Source: Candidatus Heimdallarchaeota archaeon (GTDB taxonomy: Archaea; Asgardarchaeota; Heimdallarchaeia; JABLTI01). Taken from it: a stretch of 64,000 nucleotides of DNA. A model generated the notes under the pieces. The model was not told where the DNA came from and searched no databases. It was given only the letters and a program-made list of their open reading frames with translations. Within the stretch, counting starts at the first letter, position 1. Each line of letters begins with the position of its first letter. A program made the position numbers and the translations under genes. This document shows, in pieces, positions 1 to 10,428 of the stretch. The stretch lies in NCBI GenBank assembly GCA_018238155.1, contig JABCTZ010000025.1, positions 50,780-114,779 on the forward strand, written 5' to 3'.

Positions 1-128
1 AACAAGGTTTGGAAATTGGTTGGGTGCGAAGAATTACACGGCACAAAAACATCAACAATGTATTGAAATATATTCATTTATCTTCAGATGACATTCGTGA
101 AGAAATGGAAAAAAGAAAGATTCTTTGA
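1..128 (+). CDS. 3' end of a tyrosine recombinase/integrase (partial, runs off the window start)
   Basis: Frame 3 reads QGLEIGWVRRITRHKNINNVLKYIHLSSDDIREEMEKRKIL*, matching the box II H-x8-Y catalytic motif of tyrosine recombinases; not in the ORF track. Confidence 0.7.
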   Translation, partial: QGLEIGWVRRITRHKNINNVLKYIHLSSDDIREEMEKRKIL

Positions 129-174
129 TTTCATAAGCTGATTGTTGTAATTGAATCAACTTCATCAATGAATG

Positions 175-552
175 CTACTCTTTTATGACAATTGTTTCCC
201 ATGCTATGGCTAATTTCTGTAATGCATTCGAGAAAAAAACTGATGGGCAGTAAACATTATCCTTTTCATCAAATAGAACCATACCTCTAGTAACAAGTTT
301 ATTTAGTATCCGATAATAACTTGCCTTTGATATATATTCTCGATTTCTCATATATAGATCATACATTTTATCTTTAGTAATTGTTTGATTTCCTGATGTT
401 AGTGTTTTTAGAATCATAATTGTTAAGCCATATTCTGGTGAATTTCTATCACCAGTAGAAATCAAAGCAGTTATTTCTTCTAATTCCATATTCGATGTAA
501 GTTCTTCATAATTAAATACAATTTTACCTTTCTTGCTCATAAGAAACACCAA
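175..552 (-). CDS. Small winged-helix DNA-binding protein
   Basis: ISKASYYRILNKLVTRGMVLFDEKDNVY: HTH plus wing pattern. Confidence 0.65.
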   Translation of the reverse strand: MVFLMSKKGKIVFNYEELTSNMELEEITALISTGDRNSPEYGLTIMILKTLTSGNQTITKDKMYDLYMRNREYISKASYYRILNKLVTRGMVLFDEKDNVYCPSVFFSNALQKLAIAWETIVIKE

Positions 553-628
553 CTCAGTCTTATAAAAATAAGACTTTAAATTTTTTCCTAAAAAACAGGT
601 TTGTCTTTGAAATATTGGATAAAGAAAT

Positions 629-3600
629 CTATTTTTGATTTTTAGTATTTAACTTAAAGGAAATTGTTGCACCCTTATTGACTTTTCCATCTCCCCAAAC
701 TTGACCATTATGTCGACTGATAATTCTTTGAACAATAGCCAAACCGACACCAGTACCAGTAAACTCATCAAATTGGTGAAGTCTCTGAAATAATGTAAAA
801 AGTTTATCAGAATAAGACATTTCAAATCCTGCGCCATTATCTTGAATATAGTAAATTGTTTCTTTATCAATTATCTTTGAACCAAATTTAATTTTAGCAT
901 TGGCTTTTTTTGACGTGAATTTCCAAGCATTTCCTAGAAGATTTTCTAATACAGTTCGCATTAAAACGGGATCACAAAATGCAGTAATATTTCTCTCAAT
1001 TTTTACTGTGACTTTTCTATTTGGATTTTGATTTTTGTGGCTTTCAATAATACTCTCTGCAATTTCACTCAAGTTTATCTCCTTAAAAGAAATAGCTACA
1101 TTGGTTATTCTTGATAAAGCTAAAATATCATCAATTAAATTGCCCATTTTAATACTGGCCTTTCGAATTCTATGAAGGTAATTTTTCCCTTCATCATCTA
1201 AATTCTCTGCAAAATCCTCTAATAATGCTTGACTAAAACCATTTATACTCCGTAAAGGTGATCGTAAATCATGAGAAATGGAATATGAAAAAGCTTCCAA
1301 TTCTTTATTCATACGTTCAAGTTGTTCAGTTCGTTCAGCTACACGATGTTCAAGTTCTTCATTCAATTTCTTAAGTTCATCTTGAGCAAGCTTTCTCTCT
1401 GTAATATCATTACATGCCATGAAAACTGTTCTTGAATTATCATCCAAGAATTCCATAAATAAACTATATCTGATATACTTCCTTTCACCATTTTTTTGAA
1501 TAATCCAATATTCGAAATTTGAATTACTGATCTGATTTGTAATTATATTTTGCAATTCTTCTCTAAATTCTTTAATGCTCACAGGATCAACAAAATCAAA
1601 AGGACCACTTTTATAGAACTCTTCTAAAGGCAAACCATAGATCTGAGCAATTTGTTCATTAGCATAGATCATCTGATTATTCTCAATAATAGTGATGCCA
1701 TCTAATATTGTATCAACAGTCCTCTTAAACCTCTGTTGACTAGATTCTAATTGTTCTAAAACTCTGATATGTTCAATTGCAGAAGCAAAAATATCAATTA
1801 TTGACTCAAAAGATTTAATATCATATTCATTTAGTCTAGTTTCCTTTTTGGAACCAATTTGAATTGTACCTAGAAGCTCATTTTTAGAATTTAAAATAGG
1901 ATAGAAAATATAAACAATATACTTGTGATTTTTTATCAATTTGTTTTCCTTGATGATTGGGTCATTTTGTGCATCCAAAGAAAATAATTTTACTTTTTCA
2001 CGAATAAATCTCGCTACAGGAAAATTTGACTCTTTTATATTTATAGGCAATAACAAATAATACTCGGAATCAGGTATCCCATATATCGAAAGTGCTTCCA
2101 ATAATCCTGTATTCTCATCACAACATCTTATTGTCCCCGCTTGAAGGTCAAAGATTTTAATTATCCCTTCTAACACTTGTTGACTCATCTCTTTAACATT
2201 GACATTGTTTGCAGTTGCTTCAGATATTATTGTTAATAATTTTCTTTCACGTTCTAGTGCAAATTGAACTTGTTTTTCCTTCGTGATTTCAATCATCATG
2301 GCACCGAAGAGAAAATCATTCTCTATCTGAATTGGAGTGAGATTTATTTGTGCCCATTTGTTGTTTCCAGTCTTTGTTTCTACTTCAAATTCATAAACAA
2401 TTTCTCCTTGTGTAGAAGAAATGTTAGTAAAATTTATTGCTTCCAGAAAGTCAGAAAATTGATTTGGATGAATTTTCTTGAAAAATTCACTTATTGATAA
2501 ATTTAAAATCTCATCTAATGAATATTCAGAAATTTCCTCTGCTCTTTTATTTGCAAAAAGAATTTTACCTGTAGAATTAAAGAGAAATACTCCAGCAAGT
2601 GATTGTTCTGCAAAAGCTCTGAATTTCTGCTCAGTTTCTTTTCGGGCTTCATCAATATGAAATTTTTCTATAATATTAGCTATTGTTCTAGCAATTGTTT
2701 CAAATACAGTTTGGTATTCATCTGACATTTCTAATTCTTTCATTGAACCAAATTGGAATATGCCTAACAAATCACCATTTGCTTTTAACATAGGCCAAGT
2801 AATAATAGCTTTCACATTAAATTTGTGTATCATTGTCATACTTTTACTATCTAGCTTTAATTGTTTGACATCCGGAGCAAAAATAGCTTTTTTTGTACGA
2901 GCTACATAGGTATTCGTGTAAACAGGATTGTCAATTGATATTGGATTTAATTCATAATTAAGAAAATTCTCCGCTTTTATATTTCTAATTGGTATCAACA
3001 TTCTAGTTTCTTCATCATATAATCTTATAATTCCATAATTAAAACCAAGTGCTTCAGATATATCATTAGCAATTAAAACACACAATTCCGATACAGTAGT
3101 TGCAACTGTTGTAGCTTTAGTAATAATCCGAAAAGCTTTACGTTCATTGTTTAGTGAATCTTGAGCTATTTTCCGTTTCGTTATATCTAAAACTATTCCA
3201 TGATAATTGACAATATTCCTTTGATTGTCTCTTTTTATGGAAGTAAAATCAAGTGTCCAGCGAACTTTGCCTGATTTTGTTAATATTCTATATTCTTGTG
3301 TGTAGTTGAGACATTTTGAATCTTGACTATATTTCTCTACTTCATCATCTACTCTTTTAATATCATCAGGATGGATAATATCACAATAAGAAATATCTCC
3401 AGAGTAGAAATCTTCAGGAGAGTAACCAAAAATTTCGATGTTATCAGAAACATATTCAACTGGTGAACCAATTTCATTTTTCCAAAGAAAGACAATTGCA
3501 GGACTTAGATTAATAATTTTATTGAGTTCTTTTTGTTCTTGAGATGTTTTTTCAAGCAATAGTTCTATATTATATCTTTCTAAAATTGTTCGGAGCATCA

Positions 3601-4540
3601 ATATTATTGATTCGATGAAAGTCCTATCATTTTCACTAAATTCTTTGGTTCTTTCTGAAGATAATTGTAGTATTCCGAACAACTTCATGTTTTTATCAAA
3701 AATAGGATATGAAATTAGTGAACGAATATTGTATGATTCAAATTTTGACCAAAATTGTTTAAGCGTTTGTATTGTAAAAATATCTTCAGCAAATATAGGT
3801 TCTTTATGTTTAACAACATAATTTACAAAGTTGTCAGGTTCTTCTGTAGAAATTGAGAATTTATCACCCTCTTTTGTAACAAGAGAACCAGCTGTAGCAA
3901 TTCTATCAAATGTTTTTTCTTCTTCATTATGGAGTATTAAAGACCCAAAATCAAAATGTAACTTTTCCAATAAATTTTTTAGTACCTCTGCAGTATATTC
4001 AGCTATATCTTGCTTTGGAATTGCTGTTACTGCTAGATTTTGCAAAATTTCTCTTTCGAGTTCAAGTTCTTTTTCTGCAAGTTTCCTTTGTGTTACATCT
4101 CTAATAGAGCTTTGGATAATCTTCTTGGTAGTTGTAGGATCATCAAAAATTGACAAATTAATTTCTGTGTGAATCAATTCACCGGATTTTTTTTGAAAAA
4201 TGTTTTCATAAATTGGCAGTTTTTTTCCTGACTTTAGCTCAGAAAATTTGCTAGTTATATCATTATTCTCTGATTTAGCAAATAATTCTCTTACTTTTTT
4301 CGAGTACAATTCTTCTAAACTATAACCTAAAAGTTCTGTTGCCTTCTTATTAATTAAAATAAACCGTTCACTCTCAGCATCGATCCAAAAAATTGCATCA
4401 TTAGTCATTTCAAAGAGAGCTTCAAACCGAATTTTTATTGTTTTTGTTTCATTAGATTCATCATCTGAAATAACAATTTGTGCCCCAAAATGAGTTTTTG
4501 TTTTATTCTCTTCTTTTTTGTTTAATTTCTTATCAGGCAC
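629..4540 (-). CDS. Multi-sensor histidine kinase, (PAS-GAF)x3-PAS-HisKA-HATPase
   Basis: Repeated PAS ends (DITERK) and GAF segments; H-box SISHDLRSPL, N-box NLLGNAWKF, G-boxes DNGAGF and GTGVGLAI. Confidence 0.95.
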   Translation of the reverse strand: MPDKKLNKKEENKTKTHFGAQIVISDDESNETKTIKIRFEALFEMTNDAIFWIDAESERFILINKKATELLGYSLEELYSKKVRELFAKSENNDITSKFSELKSGKKLPIYENIFQKKSGELIHTEINLSIFDDPTTTKKIIQSSIRDVTQRKLAEKELELEREILQNLAVTAIPKQDIAEYTAEVLKNLLEKLHFDFGSLILHNEEEKTFDRIATAGSLVTKEGDKFSISTEEPDNFVNYVVKHKEPIFAEDIFTIQTLKQFWSKFESYNIRSLISYPIFDKNMKLFGILQLSSERTKEFSENDRTFIESIILMLRTILERYNIELLLEKTSQEQKELNKIINLSPAIVFLWKNEIGSPVEYVSDNIEIFGYSPEDFYSGDISYCDIIHPDDIKRVDDEVEKYSQDSKCLNYTQEYRILTKSGKVRWTLDFTSIKRDNQRNIVNYHGIVLDITKRKIAQDSLNNERKAFRIITKATTVATTVSELCVLIANDISEALGFNYGIIRLYDEETRMLIPIRNIKAENFLNYELNPISIDNPVYTNTYVARTKKAIFAPDVKQLKLDSKSMTMIHKFNVKAIITWPMLKANGDLLGIFQFGSMKELEMSDEYQTVFETIARTIANIIEKFHIDEARKETEQKFRAFAEQSLAGVFLFNSTGKILFANKRAEEISEYSLDEILNLSISEFFKKIHPNQFSDFLEAINFTNISSTQGEIVYEFEVETKTGNNKWAQINLTPIQIENDFLFGAMMIEITKEKQVQFALERERKLLTIISEATANNVNVKEMSQQVLEGIIKIFDLQAGTIRCCDENTGLLEALSIYGIPDSEYYLLLPINIKESNFPVARFIREKVKLFSLDAQNDPIIKENKLIKNHKYIVYIFYPILNSKNELLGTIQIGSKKETRLNEYDIKSFESIIDIFASAIEHIRVLEQLESSQQRFKRTVDTILDGITIIENNQMIYANEQIAQIYGLPLEEFYKSGPFDFVDPVSIKEFREELQNIITNQISNSNFEYWIIQKNGERKYIRYSLFMEFLDDNSRTVFMACNDITERKLAQDELKKLNEELEHRVAERTEQLERMNKELEAFSYSISHDLRSPLRSINGFSQALLEDFAENLDDEGKNYLHRIRKASIKMGNLIDDILALSRITNVAISFKEINLSEIAESIIESHKNQNPNRKVTVKIERNITAFCDPVLMRTVLENLLGNAWKFTSKKANAKIKFGSKIIDKETIYYIQDNGAGFEMSYSDKLFTLFQRLHQFDEFTGTGVGLAIVQRIISRHNGQVWGDGKVNKGATISFKLNTKNQK

Positions 4541-4786
4541 TCTTTATACTTCCATTACGATATTATTTCATTTATACTAATTAGATATATAATAATGTTG
4601 GATTAAATACTGAGAATCATTTATACAAACGCATAGCTTCCTATTAAAGATTATTAAGTCAAAAATTGAGATTTTATTGCGAAAAAGGATTTATCTAATT
4701 CCACACCAAGGTTACTCTTCTGAAAATTGATACTCATTGCTATCTATTTTTTCTTTGTTAAACAAATTGGAAAAAAAATTCTCCAA

Positions 4787-5326
4787 CTAGTTCTCTTCTT
4801 CACATGTTGAATACAAGAGTAACCTGGATTCACCATCTGTTTTGTTTAAAACTAAACCATGAAACATGAAAGTATTTGATACTATTCTAGTTTCAGGACT
4901 AACTTCTTGTAATAATTTATCTTCTAATTTATTATTCGTGCTTTGTAAAAGATAACAAAATATAACATCAGCATCACTCAAATCTTGTTTGAAGAAGTCA
5001 CCATAAATTATTCGTATCTTCTTTCGCAAACCTAAGATTGTTATAAGAAATTGGCACCATAAGAAACGCATTAAATCAATTTCAATACCAACAGACCGAG
5101 CACCAAATTTACGAGTAGCTATAATTAATACTCGTCCATCACCACACCCTAAATCGTAGACCAATTCACCTGGTTGTACATTTGCTATTTCAAGCATTTG
5201 TTGAATTTTTTTCCTTTTAGTTGGTAACCAAGGTGCACCCTTAATAGTTGGAAAAGAAACAGTGAAAACAATCATGAAACCAGTAATAATGATACCCAAT
5301 AGTATTAATGGTGTAATATCAGTCAT
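4787..5326 (-). CDS. Membrane-anchored class I SAM-dependent methyltransferase (FAM173-like)
   Basis: N-terminal TM, APWLPT motif, YDLGCGDGR motif I. Confidence 0.85.
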   Translation of the reverse strand: MTDITPLILLGIIITGFMIVFTVSFPTIKGAPWLPTKRKKIQQMLEIANVQPGELVYDLGCGDGRVLIIATRKFGARSVGIEIDLMRFLWCQFLITILGLRKKIRIIYGDFFKQDLSDADVIFCYLLQSTNNKLEDKLLQEVSPETRIVSNTFMFHGLVLNKTDGESRLLLYSTCEEEN

Positions 5327-5605
5327 TTAAGTTCACGAAATTCTATTGTATATTTGCAATTCTTTAGCTGAAATATAAGATTTAGCAAAGGAAAATTCTT
5401 AATTATCCTTTTACATTTTTGGATACAAATCAAAATTCTTTTCCTCTATCAATATAGAAATAATTTCAATCTTATATCACAATTTTAATTCAAAATAAAC
5501 ACTTTCTTGTTTCAATAAAAATTGTAGAATACTTTAAAATCTTAATTAATTTTTAGTTCTATAATGGCAAAGTCTTAGTAAATAAACAAAATGAGGTAGT
5601 CAATT

Positions 5606-6694
5606 ATGTCTTTAGATGATGATTATTTAATTGAGCGATTTACTCTAAAAGATTCAGATATTGGTACACTTGCGAAATTATTAACAGGTGCATTTCAAGA
5701 AGATGAAGTGGCAAAAAAAGAGGGGGCTGTTGCAGATCTCCAAGATGAAAATTTCAAACTAATCTTTGGTGCTCCATCAGTAGATAAAGAAATTTTTATT
5801 CGAGCAATATATAAACCTACTAACGAAATAGTTGGATTCCTTGGATCAATTCATAAGAGCTTATCAATTGATGGTAAAATCTACAAAGTTTCCTTACCAG
5901 CTTGGTTATCTGTTCATCACGAACATAGAAGAAAAGGTTTAGCAACTTTTTTGGGGACCAAATTAGTGGAAGTAATTAGAGAAAAAGGATATGATGCAAG
6001 TGTCTTCTTTCACGATGCAAGTCAACATGGTAAAGTAGCATCAGCTGCAGTTGCTCGTAACGCAGGAATTCCAATGATAGAATTAGCAATGATGAATAAA
6101 TTCATTGTAAGAGGTTATGATGTCGATGAAGCTGCAAAAGCACTTAAAACAAACTGGATACAAAAACTCTTTTTTAAATCAAAAGAACGAATTGGTAAAG
6201 TAAAGAGCAATAAAGTTCGACTTTACAAACCAGAAGACATTGATAAAATCTTTGAGCTCTCAACAGAACTTTCTAAGAAAAATCAAATAAGTATAATACA
6301 AGTACATGAAGATTTGAAATGGAAATTAGCTGATCCTCAAGTATTGTGTGTAGTTTATGAAGATGAAAATGGAGAAGCTAAAGGATTTATTAATGCCTGG
6401 GAGTTTCTCTTGTCAGGTTTTGGCAATAATGTCAAGTTTGGATGGTTAGATACTATCCACACATACAATCTAACAAATCAAGAAGTTAAAGATCTAGCCA
6501 ATTTTCTTGGACTTGAAGCAACTAAACGTGGTTGGAAAGGATTACAAACACCGTATATACCCTATTTTAATTCTAAACCATTTAGACAAGTCAACTTCAT
6601 CTTCTTCCCAAAGAAAGTTGGTTTATATCTAGCAAATATCAATAATATTCCAATTCCAGAGAAAATTGAATCAGTGTATTTTGAATGGAGATGA
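5606..6694 (+). CDS. Tandem-GNAT acyltransferase, N-myristoyltransferase-like
   Basis: LSVHHEHRRKGLA acyl-CoA motif A; second GNAT half starting VRLYKPEDIDKI. Confidence 0.8.
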   Translation: MSLDDDYLIERFTLKDSDIGTLAKLLTGAFQEDEVAKKEGAVADLQDENFKLIFGAPSVDKEIFIRAIYKPTNEIVGFLGSIHKSLSIDGKIYKVSLPAWLSVHHEHRRKGLATFLGTKLVEVIREKGYDASVFFHDASQHGKVASAAVARNAGIPMIELAMMNKFIVRGYDVDEAAKALKTNWIQKLFFKSKERIGKVKSNKVRLYKPEDIDKIFELSTELSKKNQISIIQVHEDLKWKLADPQVLCVVYEDENGEAKGFINAWEFLLSGFGNNVKFGWLDTIHTYNLTNQEVKDLANFLGLEATKRGWKGLQTPYIPYFNSKPFRQVNFIFFPKKVGLYLANINNIPIPEKIESVYFEWR

Positions 6695-6710
6695 AAAAAA
6701 TGATTGTAAA

Positions 6711-6736
6711 AAAGGGAGAGTAATTCTCTCTTCTTT
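6711..6736. terminator. Hairpin between convergent genes (putative bidirectional terminator)
   Basis: GAGAG-taatt-CTCTC flanked by A-rich and T-rich arms, just after the GNAT stop. Confidence 0.4.
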
Positions 6737-6801
6737 ATCAAAGAATTCTGTTGAATAATTTGTTAATTATAGCAAGCTGTTCAATAATTACTTAATCAAA
6801 A

Positions 6802-7950
6802 TCAAGAATATTTCTTTGTTTTTAGAGTGACAGTGAAGATTGTTCCGGTCGTTTTTGATGATTCAAAAGTCACTTTTCCATTTAGATATTCTTCAACAAG
6901 AATTTTAACACTGTATGTGCCTAATCCGCGACCAACACCCTTAGTTGAAAAAGACCGTTGGAATATTTGACTTTTAATTTCCTCATTCATAACAAAATTA
7001 TTCTTCACCCAGTATGCTATGCCATCTTTTGTTTCTTTACAACCTATATGAACTATTTCATTTTCTTTACTTGCTTCTAAAGCATTTGTTAGTAAATTGA
7101 ACAATACTCGTCGCATTAACCTTGGATCAGTTGTTATTTCTTTCTTTACACATGTTTCATCATGAATAATTTGTTTATTTTGTGAAATATCTAATGGAAG
7201 AATAGAATTTATTGTTGAATTTATTAGCTCAATCGTTTGAGTCTTAACAAATTTGATTTCTAATTCATTGCGTTCCATTCTTAATAGATCTCTTTGAACA
7301 GCTACTTCCTCAATAATAATTGCTATTTGATTTTTTAGTTTTTGAAAAAGTCTTTTTTGTTCGTTATTTAATCCTTCTTGTGGAAAAAGATCAGCTCTAG
7401 ACTCAAGAGACCAAGTTGAATTTATTAAATCATGAATAAAAATTCTTTCCAACTGCTCTTGTTTTTTCAGAGTTCCAATATCAGTCATAACAACCAGAGT
7501 AAATTTCTGACCCTCATAATCGAAAGGACTTGCTTTTACGTTTAAATTTAAGGCGGTAATTTTGCCATTTACAGAAGAAGTAATTCTAGATTCACTTTCT
7601 ACTGTAGTATTGGTATTTTGACTTGTATATACAGCATATAATGCATCACAATATTTACAATTTCGTCCAGTACCACAACCATTTTTTGTATCATTAGCAT
7701 GGATACAATGAATCAATTCCCCTGGTCTTTGCCCTATTGCTTCTTGAAAATCATTTAAACCTACTTTATCAACAAAAATATCGTTTGCATAAATTACTTG
7801 TCGATGTTCATTAACAACAGCAACCATATTTGATAGTGAATTTAGAATTTTGGCAGCGTACGCTAAATTAATAATTTTATTAGATTGTCGTGTAACATCT
7901 TCTTTACTTAACCTTTCTGGGGATGCAAAGAATGTTTCTTTGGGGGACAT
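6802..7950 (-). CDS. Histidine kinase with Cys-rich PAS sensor
   Basis: RPGELIHC..GCGTGRNCKYC; H-box IFIHDLIN; NLLTNALEAS; FSTKGVGRGLGTY. Confidence 0.9.
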   Translation of the reverse strand: MSPKETFFASPERLSKEDVTRQSNKIINLAYAAKILNSLSNMVAVVNEHRQVIYANDIFVDKVGLNDFQEAIGQRPGELIHCIHANDTKNGCGTGRNCKYCDALYAVYTSQNTNTTVESESRITSSVNGKITALNLNVKASPFDYEGQKFTLVVMTDIGTLKKQEQLERIFIHDLINSTWSLESRADLFPQEGLNNEQKRLFQKLKNQIAIIIEEVAVQRDLLRMERNELEIKFVKTQTIELINSTINSILPLDISQNKQIIHDETCVKKEITTDPRLMRRVLFNLLTNALEASKENEIVHIGCKETKDGIAYWVKNNFVMNEEIKSQIFQRSFSTKGVGRGLGTYSVKILVEEYLNGKVTFESSKTTGTIFTVTLKTKKYS

Positions 7951-8074
7951 TAAATTACTCCTTGTTCAGTGCAAACCCACAATGATTTCCTTTACGAATC
8001 TCAATCATTTAATAATATATGAATGTATAAACTTACTTGTTTTTACAAAAGAAAGTATAATCAATAGATTAATT

Positions 8075-8725
8075 TTATAAAGTAGAATATTTTTCATTAA
8101 AAATTTTGAGGAAAGGTATTTGATTTTCTTTAAGAATTGTTTTAACTTCACCAATTTTCAATGCTCCAATGTAGATTTTAGCCATTTTTTCAATTATTAT
8201 AGCAATTTTGATACAATAGTCATAGGACGAACCTACAACAACAACTCCATGATTAGCAATAATAACGCTATTTTGTTTTTTCATTGTGCGGAGTATTTCA
8301 TTAGATAAATCCTCACTACCAGCTAGACAATAATTTGTACAACCAACACTACCGCCCAAAAAAATAACCATTTCTTCTATAATAACAGGTAAATCATAGT
8401 GAAGAATTCCAAGTGTTGAAGCAAATTGAGAATGTGTGTGAATTATACACTTAACTATTGGTCTCTGTAGGTAAATTGATCTATGCATGCGAAATTCACT
8501 GGAAGGTCTAGATTGGTTTTTAAAAACAGTATCATCTAATCCCATATGTACCATATTATTGGTTTTAAGATCAGTATAATCATTACCTGCAGGAGTAATA
8601 ATCATTTCATTCTTTTCAGGCACTCTTATAGAAATATTTCCTTCTCCTAATATTACTAAATTTTGTTTGTATATTTCTTTACAAATTTTTACTAATTCTT
8701 GTTTCAATTTATGAATTTCAGTCAT
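8075..8725 (-). CDS. Class II aldolase/adducin family (fuculose-phosphate aldolase-like); likely start MTEIH at 8725
   Basis: EGNISIR, PSSEFRMH, IIHTHS, IIANHGV motifs; the upstream extension in the ORF track overlaps the next gene. Confidence 0.9.
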   Translation of the reverse strand: MTEIHKLKQELVKICKEIYKQNLVILGEGNISIRVPEKNEMIITPAGNDYTDLKTNNMVHMGLDDTVFKNQSRPSSEFRMHRSIYLQRPIVKCIIHTHSQFASTLGILHYDLPVIIEEMVIFLGGSVGCTNYCLAGSEDLSNEILRTMKKQNSVIIANHGVVVVGSSYDYCIKIAIIIEKMAKIYIGALKIGEVKTILKENQIPFLKIFNEKYSTL

Positions 8726-8753
8726 ACAAATACAACCAAATAAGTACTTTAGG

Positions 8754-9575
8754 TTAGTCTTCAGCAGGATAACTATTTGTAACAGCAGCAAGAGCATTGC
8801 AAAGAGTATTATACAAATTTGCTGATAAGCGACGATACAGATCATAATCATTAACTTGAGAAACATCTGTGAATGATCCCATACCACCGAAAACCCATGC
8901 ATGATCAATGGTAGCCATAACTTGTTTTGCTTCCAAACCAAAACAATCAGCTGGAAAGTAATTTTCATCAACTAATTTTGAAACATCTTCTATAGATAGA
9001 ATTTCAAGTGCTTTTTGGAAAACACTGGTCCAATTTTTCAATTTATTTTCTTTTGTAAAACTAATCAAATCAGTTAAAATTTCGTTGAGATAGAGTTTTG
9101 TAGTTTTTAATGAAGGAAATTTCAATAAATCAAAACTTGTATCTTTAAGTATTAAATGATAATAGTTTATTGCGTCTCCGTATTCTGCTTGAGTATAATT
9201 TGTCCAAAGATCATATGAGTTTTGTTTCTTAGCAATAACATTCCACTTACCTACTTTCTTCCCTTTTGTAGCTTCAAGATGATCCTTACTAAACATATTT
9301 TCGGGCATTTGATAGGTTAGAAATAAACGACTGACATTGTTCTTTTTCAAAAACTTAAACCAGTCATTTGGATTTTGAGCTAAAAGCACTCTCTGAGCTA
9401 CTGGCTCAAGTTGAGCAACTTTGCTAACAAATTTAATATTTTTGTAACCATATCCTGCGGGATGGCTCTTATCAAAAGATACTTTCTTATCGTTCAAATA
9501 AGCATTAGCATATGCTGTTAATGCAACAATTTGTAAATCTCCAGTGTACATATCAAAAGTATTGACAGTTGACAT
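8754..9575 (-). CDS. Hypothetical protein
   Basis: 273-aa ORF with normal composition; WVFGGMGSFTD motif. Confidence 0.7.
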   Translation of the reverse strand: MSTVNTFDMYTGDLQIVALTAYANAYLNDKKVSFDKSHPAGYGYKNIKFVSKVAQLEPVAQRVLLAQNPNDWFKFLKKNNVSRLFLTYQMPENMFSKDHLEATKGKKVGKWNVIAKKQNSYDLWTNYTQAEYGDAINYYHLILKDTSFDLLKFPSLKTTKLYLNEILTDLISFTKENKLKNWTSVFQKALEILSIEDVSKLVDENYFPADCFGLEAKQVMATIDHAWVFGGMGSFTDVSQVNDYDLYRRLSANLYNTLCNALAAVTNSYPAED

Positions 9576-9675
9576 TTTATACTTTGCCTATATCATAGTC
9601 AAAAATTAGTCTTAATTAATGAAAATAAATAAAAAATAGGAACAAAAATTGATTAATGGACTGTTTTGTTTCAAT

Positions 9676-10158
9676 TTAATTTTCAGTGATGATAACAATA
9701 TAGAATATTTCATTGTCAACTGTTATTGGACTGGCAATTATCTGTAAATCTAAAGCAACAAGTTTACCATCCATATTTATAGTTATCTTTGCATTACTCT
9801 CTTGTTTGCGTCCCGTTTTTTGTGTTTTCAATAATACTAGAACAGCACCACAATGTTTACATTCTTTCCCTGTTCCACAACCATTTGCATTATCTAAAGA
9901 GTTAACGCAAGTTAGAAGTTCTCCAGGTCTTTGCCCCAAACTGTCTTCGAATTTATTCACACAAATTGCTGTGATAAACGCTTCATTAGCAAAAATGACT
10001 TGTCTTTGTTTGTTTAATATAGCAATCATATTTGGTAAAAGTTGTAAAATTGGTAATAAGTTTCGTAAGCCTAAAATCTTTATCGTTTGTAGATATACTT
10101 CTCCATCTGATAACCTATCAGCAGGAGCAAAATCTGTTTTGGTATTTTTTGAGACCAT
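9676..10158 (-). CDS. Stand-alone Cys-rich PAS protein, paralog of the 6802-7950 sensor domain
   Basis: GQRPGELLTC..GCGTGKECKHC aligns end to end with the kinase N-terminus. Confidence 0.85.
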   Translation of the reverse strand: MVSKNTKTDFAPADRLSDGEVYLQTIKILGLRNLLPILQLLPNMIAILNKQRQVIFANEAFITAICVNKFEDSLGQRPGELLTCVNSLDNANGCGTGKECKHCGAVLVLLKTQKTGRKQESNAKITINMDGKLVALDLQIIASPITVDNEIFYIVIITEN

Positions 10159-10349
10159 TTTTACTAATTCCTAATTGCTTTAAGTGATTGAATATATTAC
10201 AATTTTACTATATTAAAATTCATTGATTAATAATTTATAGTACTCGACAAATTATCTATAAAAAGGAAAAAAAAATGGAAAAAAAGGCCTTTTCTCAAAA
10301 ACATTGTCTAGAACTTTAGCGTAAAATAATTTCACCAAAAATTTTTATA

Positions 10350-10383
10350 AAAAAAAATGAGATTGAGAGAGGAATTCCTCTCA
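10350..10383 (-). terminator. Putative terminator of the CBS/antiporter operon
   Basis: Perfect 16-bp palindrome GAGAGGAATTCCTCTC (10367-10382) followed on the minus strand by a T-tract. Confidence 0.5.
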
Positions 10384-10428
10384 CTAGATTTTATAGTTTA
10401 ACATAATTAGCTATTCTGAAATAGCTGA

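Noticed and set aside
8726-8971. N-terminal extension of the aldolase ORF
   Set aside because: Alternate frame of the upstream gene; homology starts at MTEIH
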